Both the position numbers and the translations under genes were made by a program. 64,000 bases of DNA, taken from assembly GCA_965248435.1 (NCBI GenBank), contig OZ252100.1:2240001-2304000 (forward strand). Direction: 5' to 3'. Under the pieces are notes generated by a model, which did no database searches, was not told the origin of the DNA, and worked only from the letters and a program-made list of their open reading frames with translations. Shown in pieces: positions 28,893-38,167 of the stretch. Each line of letters starts with the position of its first letter. Within the stretch, counting starts at the first letter, position 1. This stretch comes from Candidatus Latescibacterota bacterium (lineage in GTDB: Bacteria; Latescibacterota; UBA2968; GCA-2709665).

Positions 28893-30020
28893 ATGATCAA
28901 GACAACCTGTGTCAACACGAAGATCGAAGCCGAGCACGGCGTGGTCACCTCATTCCCGGACGATTTCTTCGGGTATTTCGGCTGGGCTTCCCTGGCGAAG
29001 ATGGACGACGGCACCCTCGTCGCCGCCGCATCTGGCATGCGCACCGAGCACGCGTGTCCCTTCGGCCGCAACGTGATCTGCATCAGCAGGGATGACGGCA
29101 AGACCTGGTCCAGTCCGCGCGTCGTCAACGATTCGCCCCTGGACGACCGCGATACTGGTGTGCTCTGTCTGGGCGGGACCAGGATGCTGCTTTCCTGGTT
29201 TACGACAGACAAGAGAGGCAGGGTCGAAAAAAAGTATCCCGATCTGGCTAAACAGATGCAGCCCGGTCTGGCCTGGGTGACCGACGAGAACGCCAGGCGC
29301 TGGGTCGGTGCCTGGATCTGCACGAGCGACGACAGCGGCGAGACCTGGCACGCGCCCGTGAAGGTCCCGCTCACCGCGCCGCACGGTCCGATTCGCCTCA
29401 AGACGGGAAAGCTGCTTTACTTCGGCAAGGAGTTCAAAGTCGGCATGGAGGGATTCGTTAAAGGCATCGGCGGCATCGCGGCCATGAAAAGCGCGGACGG
29501 AGGGTGTAGCTGGGAGGAACTCGGCAAGGTCCCGCTCTATGAAGGCACGACTGAAGGCAACTATCACGAGCCGCACGTGGCGGAATGTCCGGATGGCAGA
29601 TTGATCGGCCTGATCCGCTTCGAGAATGCGCGCGGCGAGGTCGAAACCCACGGCCTGGAGCGGTTCAGTATTTTCCAGTCCGTCTCTTCCGACGGAGGCC
29701 AGACCTGGAGCCGTGCCGAACCACTCGGCTTCCACGGATCCCCTCCGCACGTGATGGCCCATTCCAGCGGGGCGCTTGTCTGCGTTTACGGCTACCGACT
29801 CAAACCGTCGTTTGGCGAGCGGGCTATGATCAGCCGTGACGGCGGAGAGAGCTGGGAGTACGACTACATCCTCCGAGACGACGGACCCGATCTCGACCTG
29901 GGATATCCGTCGAGCGTCGAGCTGGACGACGGCAGTCTGCTGACGCTCTACTACCAGAAGCGCGAGTCCAGCGAGGAGAAGTGCAGCCTGCTCTGGTCCC
30001 GGTGGGAATTGCCGGGCTGA
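28893..30020 (+). CDS. Sialidase-family BNR repeat protein
   Basis: Asp-boxes SRDDGKTWS, SDDSGETW, SSDGGQTWS; DDRD; LGYPSSVEL; RBS GAGGAGG. Confidence 0.85.
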   Translation: MIKTTCVNTKIEAEHGVVTSFPDDFFGYFGWASLAKMDDGTLVAAASGMRTEHACPFGRNVICISRDDGKTWSSPRVVNDSPLDDRDTGVLCLGGTRMLLSWFTTDKRGRVEKKYPDLAKQMQPGLAWVTDENARRWVGAWICTSDDSGETWHAPVKVPLTAPHGPIRLKTGKLLYFGKEFKVGMEGFVKGIGGIAAMKSADGGCSWEELGKVPLYEGTTEGNYHEPHVAECPDGRLIGLIRFENARGEVETHGLERFSIFQSVSSDGGQTWSRAEPLGFHGSPPHVMAHSSGALVCVYGYRLKPSFGERAMISRDGGESWEYDYILRDDGPDLDLGYPSSVELDDGSLLTLYYQKRESSEEKCSLLWSRWELPG

Positions 30021-30070
30021 TGTCAGCCTGTGGACACGGGAATCGAAACAATTCGAGGAGGTAAGGACAG

Positions 30071-31612
30071 ATGGGGAGCATAGAGCTTGGCGACAGGGAC
30101 CACCATCACCTCATGTTTCACGTGGATGACGGTTTTCCGCAGGCGACCCTCGACGTGCCTGCAAGCCTCGAGGAGATGCTAGAACGATGTGTGGGCTGGT
30201 GCGCGGACACACAGGTGAACGTCCTGAACTATCACCTGAATGAGATCACCGAGCCGAGAGACGAGGCCGGCGAAGACGCAAATCCACCCTACAAGGATCT
30301 GATGAGGTGGCGGCAGAAGAAGCACGAGGAGAATCTTCTGGCGAAGGGCTTGGACTACACGAACGAGGCCATCGATGCGACCCGCAAAGCCGGGATCGCC
30401 TTCTTCGCGGGTGTCCGCATGAATGACGTCCACCACTGCTCACGCGCCCGGCATCCCAAGTTCTGGGTCGACCACCCGGAGTTCCGCATCGGTGAGGACC
30501 GTCCGTGGGATGCTCGGTGGAAGGGGGCCCTGGACTTCGCCCATCCCGAGGTCCGGGAATACCGGAAGGAGATCATCCGGGATGTGCTGGATCGATGGGA
30601 TGTGGATGGGCTCGAGCTGGACTTCAACCGGATGCCGCTCCTCTTCAAGGAGGCGGAGGCGGACGTGCATCGGGACACGATGACTGCGTGGATCGGGGAG
30701 ATACGAGACCTGCTCCGCGAAGTCGAGAAACGCAGGGGCCACCCGATCCCCCTCGAGGTCAGGGTTCCCTCGGTGGCGGAGGTCTGCCACCGCATCGGTA
30801 TCGACATCCTGACGTGGATCCGCGAGGACATGGTGGATATCGCGACCTGTTCAGGCATTAGATATGCCGAGTTCGAAATGCCCGTGGACGCGTTTGTCCA
30901 AGCCGCGAAGGCCACGGACGTACTCGTGTTCGCCGGGTTCGAGCCCCGTCTCACGTCTTCCATATCACTCCTTACGGTCGACATGTGGAGAGCGGCAGCC
31001 ACCCACTACTGGAAAGCGGGCGTGGACGGCCTTCACATCTTCAACGGAGGAAATTACTACTTCTGGAACGCGTTGGAGATGCCCCACCTGCACGAAATGG
31101 CAGACCCCGAGGTCATGGCCAGGAAGGACAAGAAATACCAGGTCTCCCGCCGCACGGAGTGGGCGGGAAAGGAACTGCCTCAATTCACCTATCCCAAGCC
31201 GCTTCCCTGCCCACTCGAGGCGTCGACAGGTGGGACCGGCATCAAGATCCGCATCCACGTGGACGACGAGATCGAAGGCGCCAGGCAAGAAGGAATCCTT
31301 TCCGGCGTCACCCTTCGGCTCAGGATCAACAACATCACGGCCGACGACGAGCTGGAGGTAGAGCTGAACGGCATCCGCCTACCGAAGGAGAGCAGTCGCA
31401 CCGAGTACGTGTGGGGCCAAAACGCCAACCCCATAGGGAGCTATCTGAGAGGCGCAGGGTTCGGTGCCCAGTGGATCGCGTTCGACGTGACGGAAGGCCC
31501 CGAAGTGCGCACGGGAGAGAACGAGGTGGAGGTGATCCTCAGGGAGAAGAATCCGGAACTGGCGGTCCAGCTGGAACTCGACAACGTGGAGATCCTGGTA
31601 AACTACGTGTAA
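30071..31612 (+). CDS. Glycoside hydrolase-like TIM barrel (GHL10-like)
   Basis: RMNDVH, FWVDHPE, LDFAHPEVRE, DVDGLELDFNR, GVDGLHIFN. Confidence 0.75.
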   Translation: MGSIELGDRDHHHLMFHVDDGFPQATLDVPASLEEMLERCVGWCADTQVNVLNYHLNEITEPRDEAGEDANPPYKDLMRWRQKKHEENLLAKGLDYTNEAIDATRKAGIAFFAGVRMNDVHHCSRARHPKFWVDHPEFRIGEDRPWDARWKGALDFAHPEVREYRKEIIRDVLDRWDVDGLELDFNRMPLLFKEAEADVHRDTMTAWIGEIRDLLREVEKRRGHPIPLEVRVPSVAEVCHRIGIDILTWIREDMVDIATCSGIRYAEFEMPVDAFVQAAKATDVLVFAGFEPRLTSSISLLTVDMWRAAATHYWKAGVDGLHIFNGGNYYFWNALEMPHLHEMADPEVMARKDKKYQVSRRTEWAGKELPQFTYPKPLPCPLEASTGGTGIKIRIHVDDEIEGARQEGILSGVTLRLRINNITADDELEVELNGIRLPKESSRTEYVWGQNANPIGSYLRGAGFGAQWIAFDVTEGPEVRTGENEVEVILREKNPELAVQLELDNVEILVNYV

Positions 31613-31638
31613 GGTCAATCGAGCAAATCAAAGCAGGA

Positions 31639-31678
31639 AAGAGGGCTTCGGACGGATTCCGAAGCCCTCTTCTTGTTT
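31639..31678. terminator. Terminator between convergent genes
   Basis: aagagggcttcgga-cggat-tccgaagccctctt perfect 14-bp stem. Confidence 0.85.
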
Positions 31679-31719
31679 GACGATGATGGAAGATTTGAGC
31701 GTGGGGTAGAGGCCACAAT

Positions 31720-33276
31720 TCACGGAAGAGCGAAGAGGGGCGCCGGTGGAAGCAACAGCTCGGCGACCACGCCTGCGTGATCGGACGGCCACAGACCGGA
31801 CGGCGCGCGATCGGCCGGCTCTTCCCCAACGACCTCCCCATCAACTGCTCCGACGATCCGCTGCTCTACGATGGTAAAGGCGTCACGGGCGAAGATCAGA
31901 TCGATTCGCCTGTCGAGCGATGCGGTCTCGTTGAGCAGATCACTCTCCATACAGCACGTATGTCCAGGTGCGTTGGGGGCCACTTGGCCCCAGACATCCA
32001 CGAACCCGGCGTCAGTGACCGTCCCGTAGCTCTGAGTAGTGCTACCGTCGGCAGCAGAATTGAAATCCCCCACCAGGATGACCGGAAGGTCCTCGTCGCT
32101 CAAGACCTGAAGCAACTCGGCCGCTTGGGCCTCCTGGATGGGCGCGAAACTCTTCGTCTCCAGGTGTGTGCTCACGAACCGGACGGTCCTCCCGCGGATC
32201 GTAGCATCAACTGCGGCCCAGCCTCGGAGGACGGTGATGGGCGCACCCCCACCCACAGGAACGGCGAGGTTGGTCGAGAAGTTCTCCACCTGGACGTTCG
32301 CAACTTCGACGTCGGCCCGCGCAAGGATCACCTCGCGGTCCGTGAGTCGAAGATCGTCGAACAGCGGAGCGCCCTCATCGGTGAACCCGCTCACCATCGG
32401 CAGTTCGATGTCGGCATTGGTCGTCGTCGCAACCGCACGATACGACAGACCTCGCGCATCCAGTTCCTCCAGTAGGATGGAGAGATAATCGAGCACAAAC
32501 GCCGTTGCGGATGTCGGGTTCCCGGCCAGGAAGTCGCCCGGGGATTGGATGCGGAACTGCGAAACTTCCTGCAGCCCCACGAGGTGAGGTCGTGACGCAG
32601 CGATCTCATCGGCGATGGCCCGCGCTCGCTCGGGAAAGTTGGTCGCCTGAATGCCCAGCCACCCCTCAGTCACAAGCCCGGGAATCGCCTCGGGCGAGGG
32701 CGCAGAAAGAATGGGGTCGATCGGAGCGCCCAGGTAGAGATTCCTCGTCATGGCGATTACCGAGGTACCGGAGCCGACGTCTGCCGGTCCCTCTGTGGGC
32801 AGCGAAAGGAAGTTCGGCTTTCCGCCGTTGAGAGGGATACTGCCCCAGCTTCCAACCTGCTCGCCAGACACAGGATCGGTTGCCCTAGCAACATAGTAAC
32901 CTGAAACGCCGACATGCCTGAACTGTCCCGTCGTGGGTGTCTCGACCTCGATCACAGCCCGACCATTCGTATCGGTGGTTCCTTCCCACCGAAAATCGTG
33001 ACTTTGACCGGAGATCGAACGGGAGAGGGCCACTACCACGCCTTCGAGTGGGGCCTCGTCTCGGGTCACGGTCGCAACGACCTCAAGATGGGTCGACACC
33101 GGTCCCGAAGCCCGTTTCGCCAAACCGACGATCGAAGTCTCCTCGCCACCGCCCGGTCCGAGAACCGACATGCCTCCCCCGTCACTGCCACACCCGGTCA
33201 ACGCAACGGCGAAAGTAAACACCATCGCGAACGCATGCGGATCTTTAAACTGGTCCACAAACTGTTTTGGTTTCAT
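31720..33276 (-). CDS. Lipoprotein with endonuclease/exonuclease/phosphatase (EEP) domain
   Basis: Lipobox LTGC; MTRNLYLG, LVGLQEV, STHLE, LVGDFNS, RIDLIF, PSDH; ATGA overlap with the MMPL gene. Confidence 0.88.
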   Translation of the reverse strand: MKPKQFVDQFKDPHAFAMVFTFAVALTGCGSDGGGMSVLGPGGGEETSIVGLAKRASGPVSTHLEVVATVTRDEAPLEGVVVALSRSISGQSHDFRWEGTTDTNGRAVIEVETPTTGQFRHVGVSGYYVARATDPVSGEQVGSWGSIPLNGGKPNFLSLPTEGPADVGSGTSVIAMTRNLYLGAPIDPILSAPSPEAIPGLVTEGWLGIQATNFPERARAIADEIAASRPHLVGLQEVSQFRIQSPGDFLAGNPTSATAFVLDYLSILLEELDARGLSYRAVATTTNADIELPMVSGFTDEGAPLFDDLRLTDREVILARADVEVANVQVENFSTNLAVPVGGGAPITVLRGWAAVDATIRGRTVRFVSTHLETKSFAPIQEAQAAELLQVLSDEDLPVILVGDFNSAADGSTTQSYGTVTDAGFVDVWGQVAPNAPGHTCCMESDLLNETASLDRRIDLIFARDAFTIVEQRIVGAVDGEVVGEEPADRAPSGLWPSDHAGVVAELLLPPAPLFALP

Positions 33277-35696
33277 TTTTCTCCTCCTTCTTTAAGACGT
33301 AGGGTCACTGTCTCACCCCTCGCCGTACCTCCCTTGACGTTTTCAACGATGGCACCGGCAGGGGTCCCTACGGCATTCCTGAATTTCAATCTCGAATCCT
33401 GCGACAAGCTTTTGAGCGCCTTCAGCTGCCTGTGGTGATGCAGCGGCGGCGCTTTCTTCAAGGCAAAGGCTGTGAGCGGGGGAAGCAAGACCAGGCTCCC
33501 GAAAGCGCAAGTGAGCATCGTGAGAGAAACCAACAAGCCAAGATTCTGGATGGGGGAAAATCCCGAAAAGGCGAAGACGATGAATCCCAGCACGTTGGAC
33601 GCCACGTCGAAGAGGATCGCTTTGCCTGCGGTGAGCATCGTGCGCTGAGTGGCCTCCTCGATCGCATGCCCATTGGCTCGCTCTTCCTGGAGCCGCGTGA
33701 AAAAGTGGATTGCAAAGTCCACCCCGATCCCTACCGCCATCGACGTGATGATGGCCGTGGCCATGTTCAGACGGATGCCGCAGAAGCCCATGATCCCGAA
33801 GGTCAAGAGCGTGGCAATCGTGAGCGGAATCACGCTCAGGAGTCCCTTTGCGGCGGATCGGAACGCGAACATGCAGAAGGCAAAGACCAGGAAGATGGCC
33901 GCCGCGATGTTGTAGACCTTGCCGATGGCGACGTAGTGATTCTGAGCGATCCAGATCAGGACCGACCCGCCGAACGCCACACGGACGTCCTCTGGAAAGT
34001 GCACGCGGGCGAGATCCTGCAAACGGCGGTAGATTCTCAATTGTTCCTCGTGGTCTGTGGCCGTAATCATCACCGTGATGCGTGCTCGACGATAATCCTC
34101 ATCCACCCACGCCGTAAGTTCCCGTTCGCCGGCGGACCCAGAGAGGAGATCAAAGGCGGCCTCGATCTCTTGTTCTGAATCAGGAATCGAAAAAGGAACG
34201 GGATGCTGACGATGCACCGTCGAATGGAGATGCCGCAATGCGTCGATCACAGATTCCGAACGGCTCACATCAGGCACCTTTCCAGCGGCACGTTGAAAGC
34301 CGATGAGCGACTGCAAGAAGGTGGGATGTTTCACCACATTGGGTTCATCCCCTTCCACCATCACATTGAAATACCGGACTCCGGAGAAACGGTCGTTAAA
34401 GACCCGAGTCGCCTTCCGAACCGGATGACCTTCGGGGAAGAGTTCAACAGGGTCGAGGCCCAGCCGGATGCGTGTGATTCCGATGCCAGATGCTACGATC
34501 AGCAGGAGTGTCACGACCAGTACGAGGCGTCCGTGATTCAGAGAAAATCTTCCCAGGCTGAGGAGCAGCCGTTCGCCTATGCTTCGTGAGCGATGTTCCG
34601 GCTGTTTTGGAGGCTGCTTTAGGAGAGTGAGAATGGCGGGCAGCAGAACGATGGCCAGCAGCATGGCAGAGCCTATGCCCGCCGCTGCAAACATGCCGAA
34701 CTCCCGGATGGAATTGACCTGGAACAGGAGCAGGGTCAACGTGCCGATTCCCGAGGTGATTCCTGTCAACAGAACCGGCAGACCCAACCGCTGCAGCGCG
34801 TGACGGATGGCGGTTTCGCCACGATGGGATTCACTGTTGTATCGGTGGATGACGTGGATGCCATAGGAGCTTGCTGTGGCGACTAGGAGGATGGGGATCG
34901 TGGAGGTGACGACATTCAGTTCGAAACCGAGGTAGCCCATCAGTCCGAGCGTCCAGACGATGCTGATCAGGATGACAAGCAGGGGGAGTATGGTTCCTCG
35001 CAGGCTTCGGAAGGAAACAAAGAAGCCGAGAAGGACCAGGGCCACGGCCAGAGGCAGGAGGATGTGAAGGTCGCCTTCGATGCCGTCGTCGATTTCCTGA
35101 GCCACGATGAAGTCGCCCACCGTATACAGCCGTTCCGGCCCCTCAAATCTGTGGATGATTTCGCGAACCTGCCGGGCCACGGTTGCCTGGTCGGCGGTTC
35201 GAGAGACCCGGACGAGGATCTGGGTCGTAGATCCATCTTCCGAGACCAGGGATCGTGCAGGGGAGCCCTCCGCCAGGAGTTGCTTGCGATACGTGTCGAT
35301 GGCTTCGGGATGGGCCAGGAGAGTCGATAGAAGAGAGGCCTCTGCGTGTTGGCCGTCGTTCCGTGGCGCCGGCAACGTGGCAAGGCTGGCAATCCCGTCG
35401 GCAGCTACGCCTTGTACGGTTGCCAGGGCGCCTGAAATCTGTGCGATTTTTTCCAGGCTCGCGGGCGAAAAGAGGTCTTCGCTTTCGACGGCGACCATCA
35501 TGATCTGTTCGTTGCCAAATACCTCCTCGAAACGCGCATTCGTCCGGATGATCGGATCGCTTGCCGGGAGATCGCCCTCGTAGTTGTTCCGGGTTTCCAG
35601 GCGGGTCATGCCAAAGGCGGCGGCCAGAGTCACGAGCGAACAGCACAGGATGATGGATCTTGGATACTTTACGATGATGTTGGCGATGCGATTCAT
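33273..35696 (-). CDS. MMPL/RND family transporter
   Basis: Two-repeat RND topology; SYGIHVIHRY and GIGVDFAIHF motifs. Confidence 0.9.
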   Translation of the reverse strand: MNRIANIIVKYPRSIILCCSLVTLAAAFGMTRLETRNNYEGDLPASDPIIRTNARFEEVFGNEQIMMVAVESEDLFSPASLEKIAQISGALATVQGVAADGIASLATLPAPRNDGQHAEASLLSTLLAHPEAIDTYRKQLLAEGSPARSLVSEDGSTTQILVRVSRTADQATVARQVREIIHRFEGPERLYTVGDFIVAQEIDDGIEGDLHILLPLAVALVLLGFFVSFRSLRGTILPLLVILISIVWTLGLMGYLGFELNVVTSTIPILLVATASSYGIHVIHRYNSESHRGETAIRHALQRLGLPVLLTGITSGIGTLTLLLFQVNSIREFGMFAAAGIGSAMLLAIVLLPAILTLLKQPPKQPEHRSRSIGERLLLSLGRFSLNHGRLVLVVTLLLIVASGIGITRIRLGLDPVELFPEGHPVRKATRVFNDRFSGVRYFNVMVEGDEPNVVKHPTFLQSLIGFQRAAGKVPDVSRSESVIDALRHLHSTVHRQHPVPFSIPDSEQEIEAAFDLLSGSAGERELTAWVDEDYRRARITVMITATDHEEQLRIYRRLQDLARVHFPEDVRVAFGGSVLIWIAQNHYVAIGKVYNIAAAIFLVFAFCMFAFRSAAKGLLSVIPLTIATLLTFGIMGFCGIRLNMATAIITSMAVGIGVDFAIHFFTRLQEERANGHAIEEATQRTMLTAGKAILFDVASNVLGFIVFAFSGFSPIQNLGLLVSLTMLTCAFGSLVLLPPLTAFALKKAPPLHHHRQLKALKSLSQDSRLKFRNAVGTPAGAIVENVKGGTARGETVTLRLKEGGEK

Positions 35697-35719
35697 ACGA
35701 CCCTCTCGAAGTTAAAGTT

Positions 35720-36721
35720 CTATTTTCCTCGACTGGAAGAAACAACGTGGATCCCACTACCTCTCCTCGGCACGCGGCGCAATGCGGCTATTGAGGCAGT
35801 CGGGCGATCGAGAGCAAATGAACGATTCACGCGTGGTCGATAGAAATGCCAACCGGACTTTCGAGGGGACTTCGTATCGACAATGGGAAGAAGCGCGGTG
35901 CCGGTGAGCCCGGGAGTGCCGGCTCCAGAATGCAGCACGCGTGAGCGCAGCACGCGTTTGCTCGTTTGGAGCAGCGATAGGATGATAATCAAGACGACCA
36001 TCGTGAAGAGGTAGACCGTTTGATCGGGCTGAGTCATTCCAAGCGATGTCCTCAACACGAAGAACCCGCCGATTGGAATCGACGCGTTGTCGATTCCACC
36101 TCCTGCGATGGCTTCCAGGGTCATAAGGGCGAGTCCTACGAGTGTGGCGGTTGCCATGGCCTCGATCGCGCCCCTGCCGGTGAACAGCACGATTGGAATG
36201 AGGGTGCACAAGACAGCGATGAAGAGGAAAGAGATGGAGCCCTCCAGGCTTTTCTCGCCGCCTACCGCGCCGTAGCGATGGGATCCGTATCGGGATCCCA
36301 CCAAGGCAGCGGCGGTGTCGGCAAAAGTCAGTATCAGGAGCGGAATCGTGAACAAAATCGGGTCCCCTTCGGACAAAACGAAAAGCAGACCTGTTGCTCC
36401 AGGGAAAAGCAGATCCCCGGAAGACTGCCTTTCCACTCCACCAATCACACGGCCGCAGCGCTGCCGCAGGCCTTTTACGGACCGGACTGCAACCAGTCCC
36501 ACGGTTGTCATTATGGCCAGGAGAACGACCGGCCAGACCGTGTGAAAGAGCCAAGGGAACGGGAGTGCCGTGATTCCGCCCCCTACGTGCATGAGCTTGC
36601 GCAAACACTCCGGATCGGGCTGGCGCCGCCGCTGAAACAAGCTCAATGTCACCATCAGTGTAGATACGCCGGCCAGTGTAGCAAGGATTCCGAACCAGGG
36701 GTAGAAGTCGTCTAAGCTCAT
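35720..36721 (-). CDS. CTP-dependent phytol/dolichol kinase-like membrane protein
   Basis: RKLMHV, SSGDLLFP, FADTAAALVGSRYG, KSLEGS, GIDNASIP; ATG 36721 after GGAGAG. Confidence 0.85.
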   Translation of the reverse strand: MSLDDFYPWFGILATLAGVSTLMVTLSLFQRRRQPDPECLRKLMHVGGGITALPFPWLFHTVWPVVLLAIMTTVGLVAVRSVKGLRQRCGRVIGGVERQSSGDLLFPGATGLLFVLSEGDPILFTIPLLILTFADTAAALVGSRYGSHRYGAVGGEKSLEGSISFLFIAVLCTLIPIVLFTGRGAIEAMATATLVGLALMTLEAIAGGGIDNASIPIGGFFVLRTSLGMTQPDQTVYLFTMVVLIIILSLLQTSKRVLRSRVLHSGAGTPGLTGTALLPIVDTKSPRKSGWHFYRPRVNRSFALDRPTASIAALRRVPRRGSGIHVVSSSRGK

Positions 36722-36768
36722 AGCGGTCTCTCCATAAATTTTAGTTTTACTGCGATGTTCTATGTGAT

Positions 36769-36784
36769 TGCAAGGGGCGTGCCA
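36769..36784 (-). promoter_or_regulatory. sigma54 -24/-12 promoter (kinase-MMPL-EEP unit)
   Basis: Minus strand TGGCAC-GCCCC-TTGCA, perfect consensus, 47 bp before ATG. Confidence 0.88.
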
Positions 36785-36896
36785 TAGCAAGGATCATCTT
36801 CCATTCTAATGGTTAAGATTCTGTTATTACTGTTGATAGTCTCTTGTAGCCAGTACGGAATGAGGTACGGTTCAGCGTCTCTGGAAACGAGATTGC

Positions 36897-36930
36897 TTGC
36901 GCGACATTGCGGGAAGTTGCACGGTCCTGC
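36897..36930 (-). promoter_or_regulatory. Putative upstream activator sequence 1
   Basis: Minus strand CGCAATGTCGCGCAA (36897-36911) within GCAA/GCAG boxes phased at 10 bp. Confidence 0.65.
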
Positions 36931-37048
36931 ACTTCTTCTGCCGCTTAGAATAGACCCTGTGGGAAGCGTAATCGTGATTGGCTGTGAGAAGGGTATGGCT
37001 TGGAGGATTCGGTGCTTCGCGGAAACAGAGGCGGTGCCCCGCGACCTT

Positions 37049-38161
37049 CTAGACGATCTCCTCCAGGACGAAATCGCCATAGAAGAAGGTCTTGTCGCGT
37101 TGATGTAGCCGGTAGGAGAACTGATCGAGGGAACGGAGTTGTGATGCGAGGTAGTCTGGTCGGCGACGGGGGGTCAGCAAGTTCCAGTAAGCGATGCGTC
37201 CGCCGGTGCGCCCGACGTAGATGAGCCTTTCCAGAATAAGATGGTGAGACTCGGGCGGCATGTACTCAAAGATGTTGCTCAGATTAAACCGATCGAAACT
37301 GTTCGCAGGCTGTTTCCTCAGGCAGTCCTCGACTGACTGGCAACGCCATTCTAGCGCCCTGAGATTGTTTCGTATCGCTTCGAAGTTCTCGGGTCGAAGG
37401 GCATAAGGCAACGCTGTCAGGTGCTTTCCAGTCAAGATCCACTGAAGGTATGGATTCCGAGCGGGATCCAGATCTATAATCCCGTGTCGCGTGCGCTCCA
37501 GGATGCGGTCCGCCACGGTACCCTCCACATATCTGAAAAAGTTTGGATCCCGACCCAGCCTCCCCATAACTCGCCGAGAAAAGAAGAGCTTGAAGAGACA
37601 CCTCCACCGCAACGTGTCCCAGTGCCGGCCGTAGAAGGCACGCCGTCTTTCGCTTGTGCGGCTTTCAAGAAGTTGGGCGATCCGATCCCTCGAATGAACC
37701 AGGGGAAGAACGCGGTTCCTGAAGAGGGCGAGGTAGCGCTCAAACTTTCCGCAATTACCGATTCCCCCGGCGATGGCATCCGGGTGGGCGTCCCAGAACC
37801 CGCGTGTCGCAGATGAGAGTTGCGAGCGACAGCGTCGGTAGAGAGAAGCACGATTTAGTCCAGAGGTAACTCCCATCAGTTCGAGAAGCTCTGGATGGCG
37901 CAGCTCCTGGTAGGCGGCGACACGAAGCTCGAGACACGCGATCTGGGCCGGGCTGAGGTCCAGGGCCAACAGCCGCTCTGGTCCCTTGCTCAACAAGGCC
38001 ATACAGTTGTCACCGGCGGAAGCGATGGAGAGGCAATGGTCGCCTGGCTGAATATCCAGACCTTCTAGAAGGATGTCGGCATCCTCCCAGCACTGGGCGT
38101 ACCTGATAATGGAGAAGTCGGCGTCGACGCACGCACCGCGGCATTCGGAAATCATCGTCAA
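37049..38161 (-). CDS. DUF3419 / BtaA-like SAM-dependent 3-amino-3-carboxypropyltransferase family
   Basis: IRYAQCWEDADIL, SIASAGDN, DLSPAQ, GKFERY, NPYLQWIL, FNLSNIFEYM, AYWNL. Confidence 0.88.
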   Translation of the reverse strand: MTMISECRGACVDADFSIIRYAQCWEDADILLEGLDIQPGDHCLSIASAGDNCMALLSKGPERLLALDLSPAQIACLELRVAAYQELRHPELLELMGVTSGLNRASLYRRCRSQLSSATRGFWDAHPDAIAGGIGNCGKFERYLALFRNRVLPLVHSRDRIAQLLESRTSERRRAFYGRHWDTLRWRCLFKLFFSRRVMGRLGRDPNFFRYVEGTVADRILERTRHGIIDLDPARNPYLQWILTGKHLTALPYALRPENFEAIRNNLRALEWRCQSVEDCLRKQPANSFDRFNLSNIFEYMPPESHHLILERLIYVGRTGGRIAYWNLLTPRRRPDYLASQLRSLDQFSYRLHQRDKTFFYGDFVLEEIV

Positions 38162-38167
38162 ACCTCC

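Noticed and set aside
36809-37108. 99-aa ORF with lipoprotein-like N-terminus
   Set aside because: Antisense to the operon, overlaps the DUF3419 end and the enhancer region; no supporting motif
37049-38161. Calling this btaA and predicting DGTS betaine lipid synthesis
   Set aside because: No btaB in the window and the context differs, so only a family-level call is supportable
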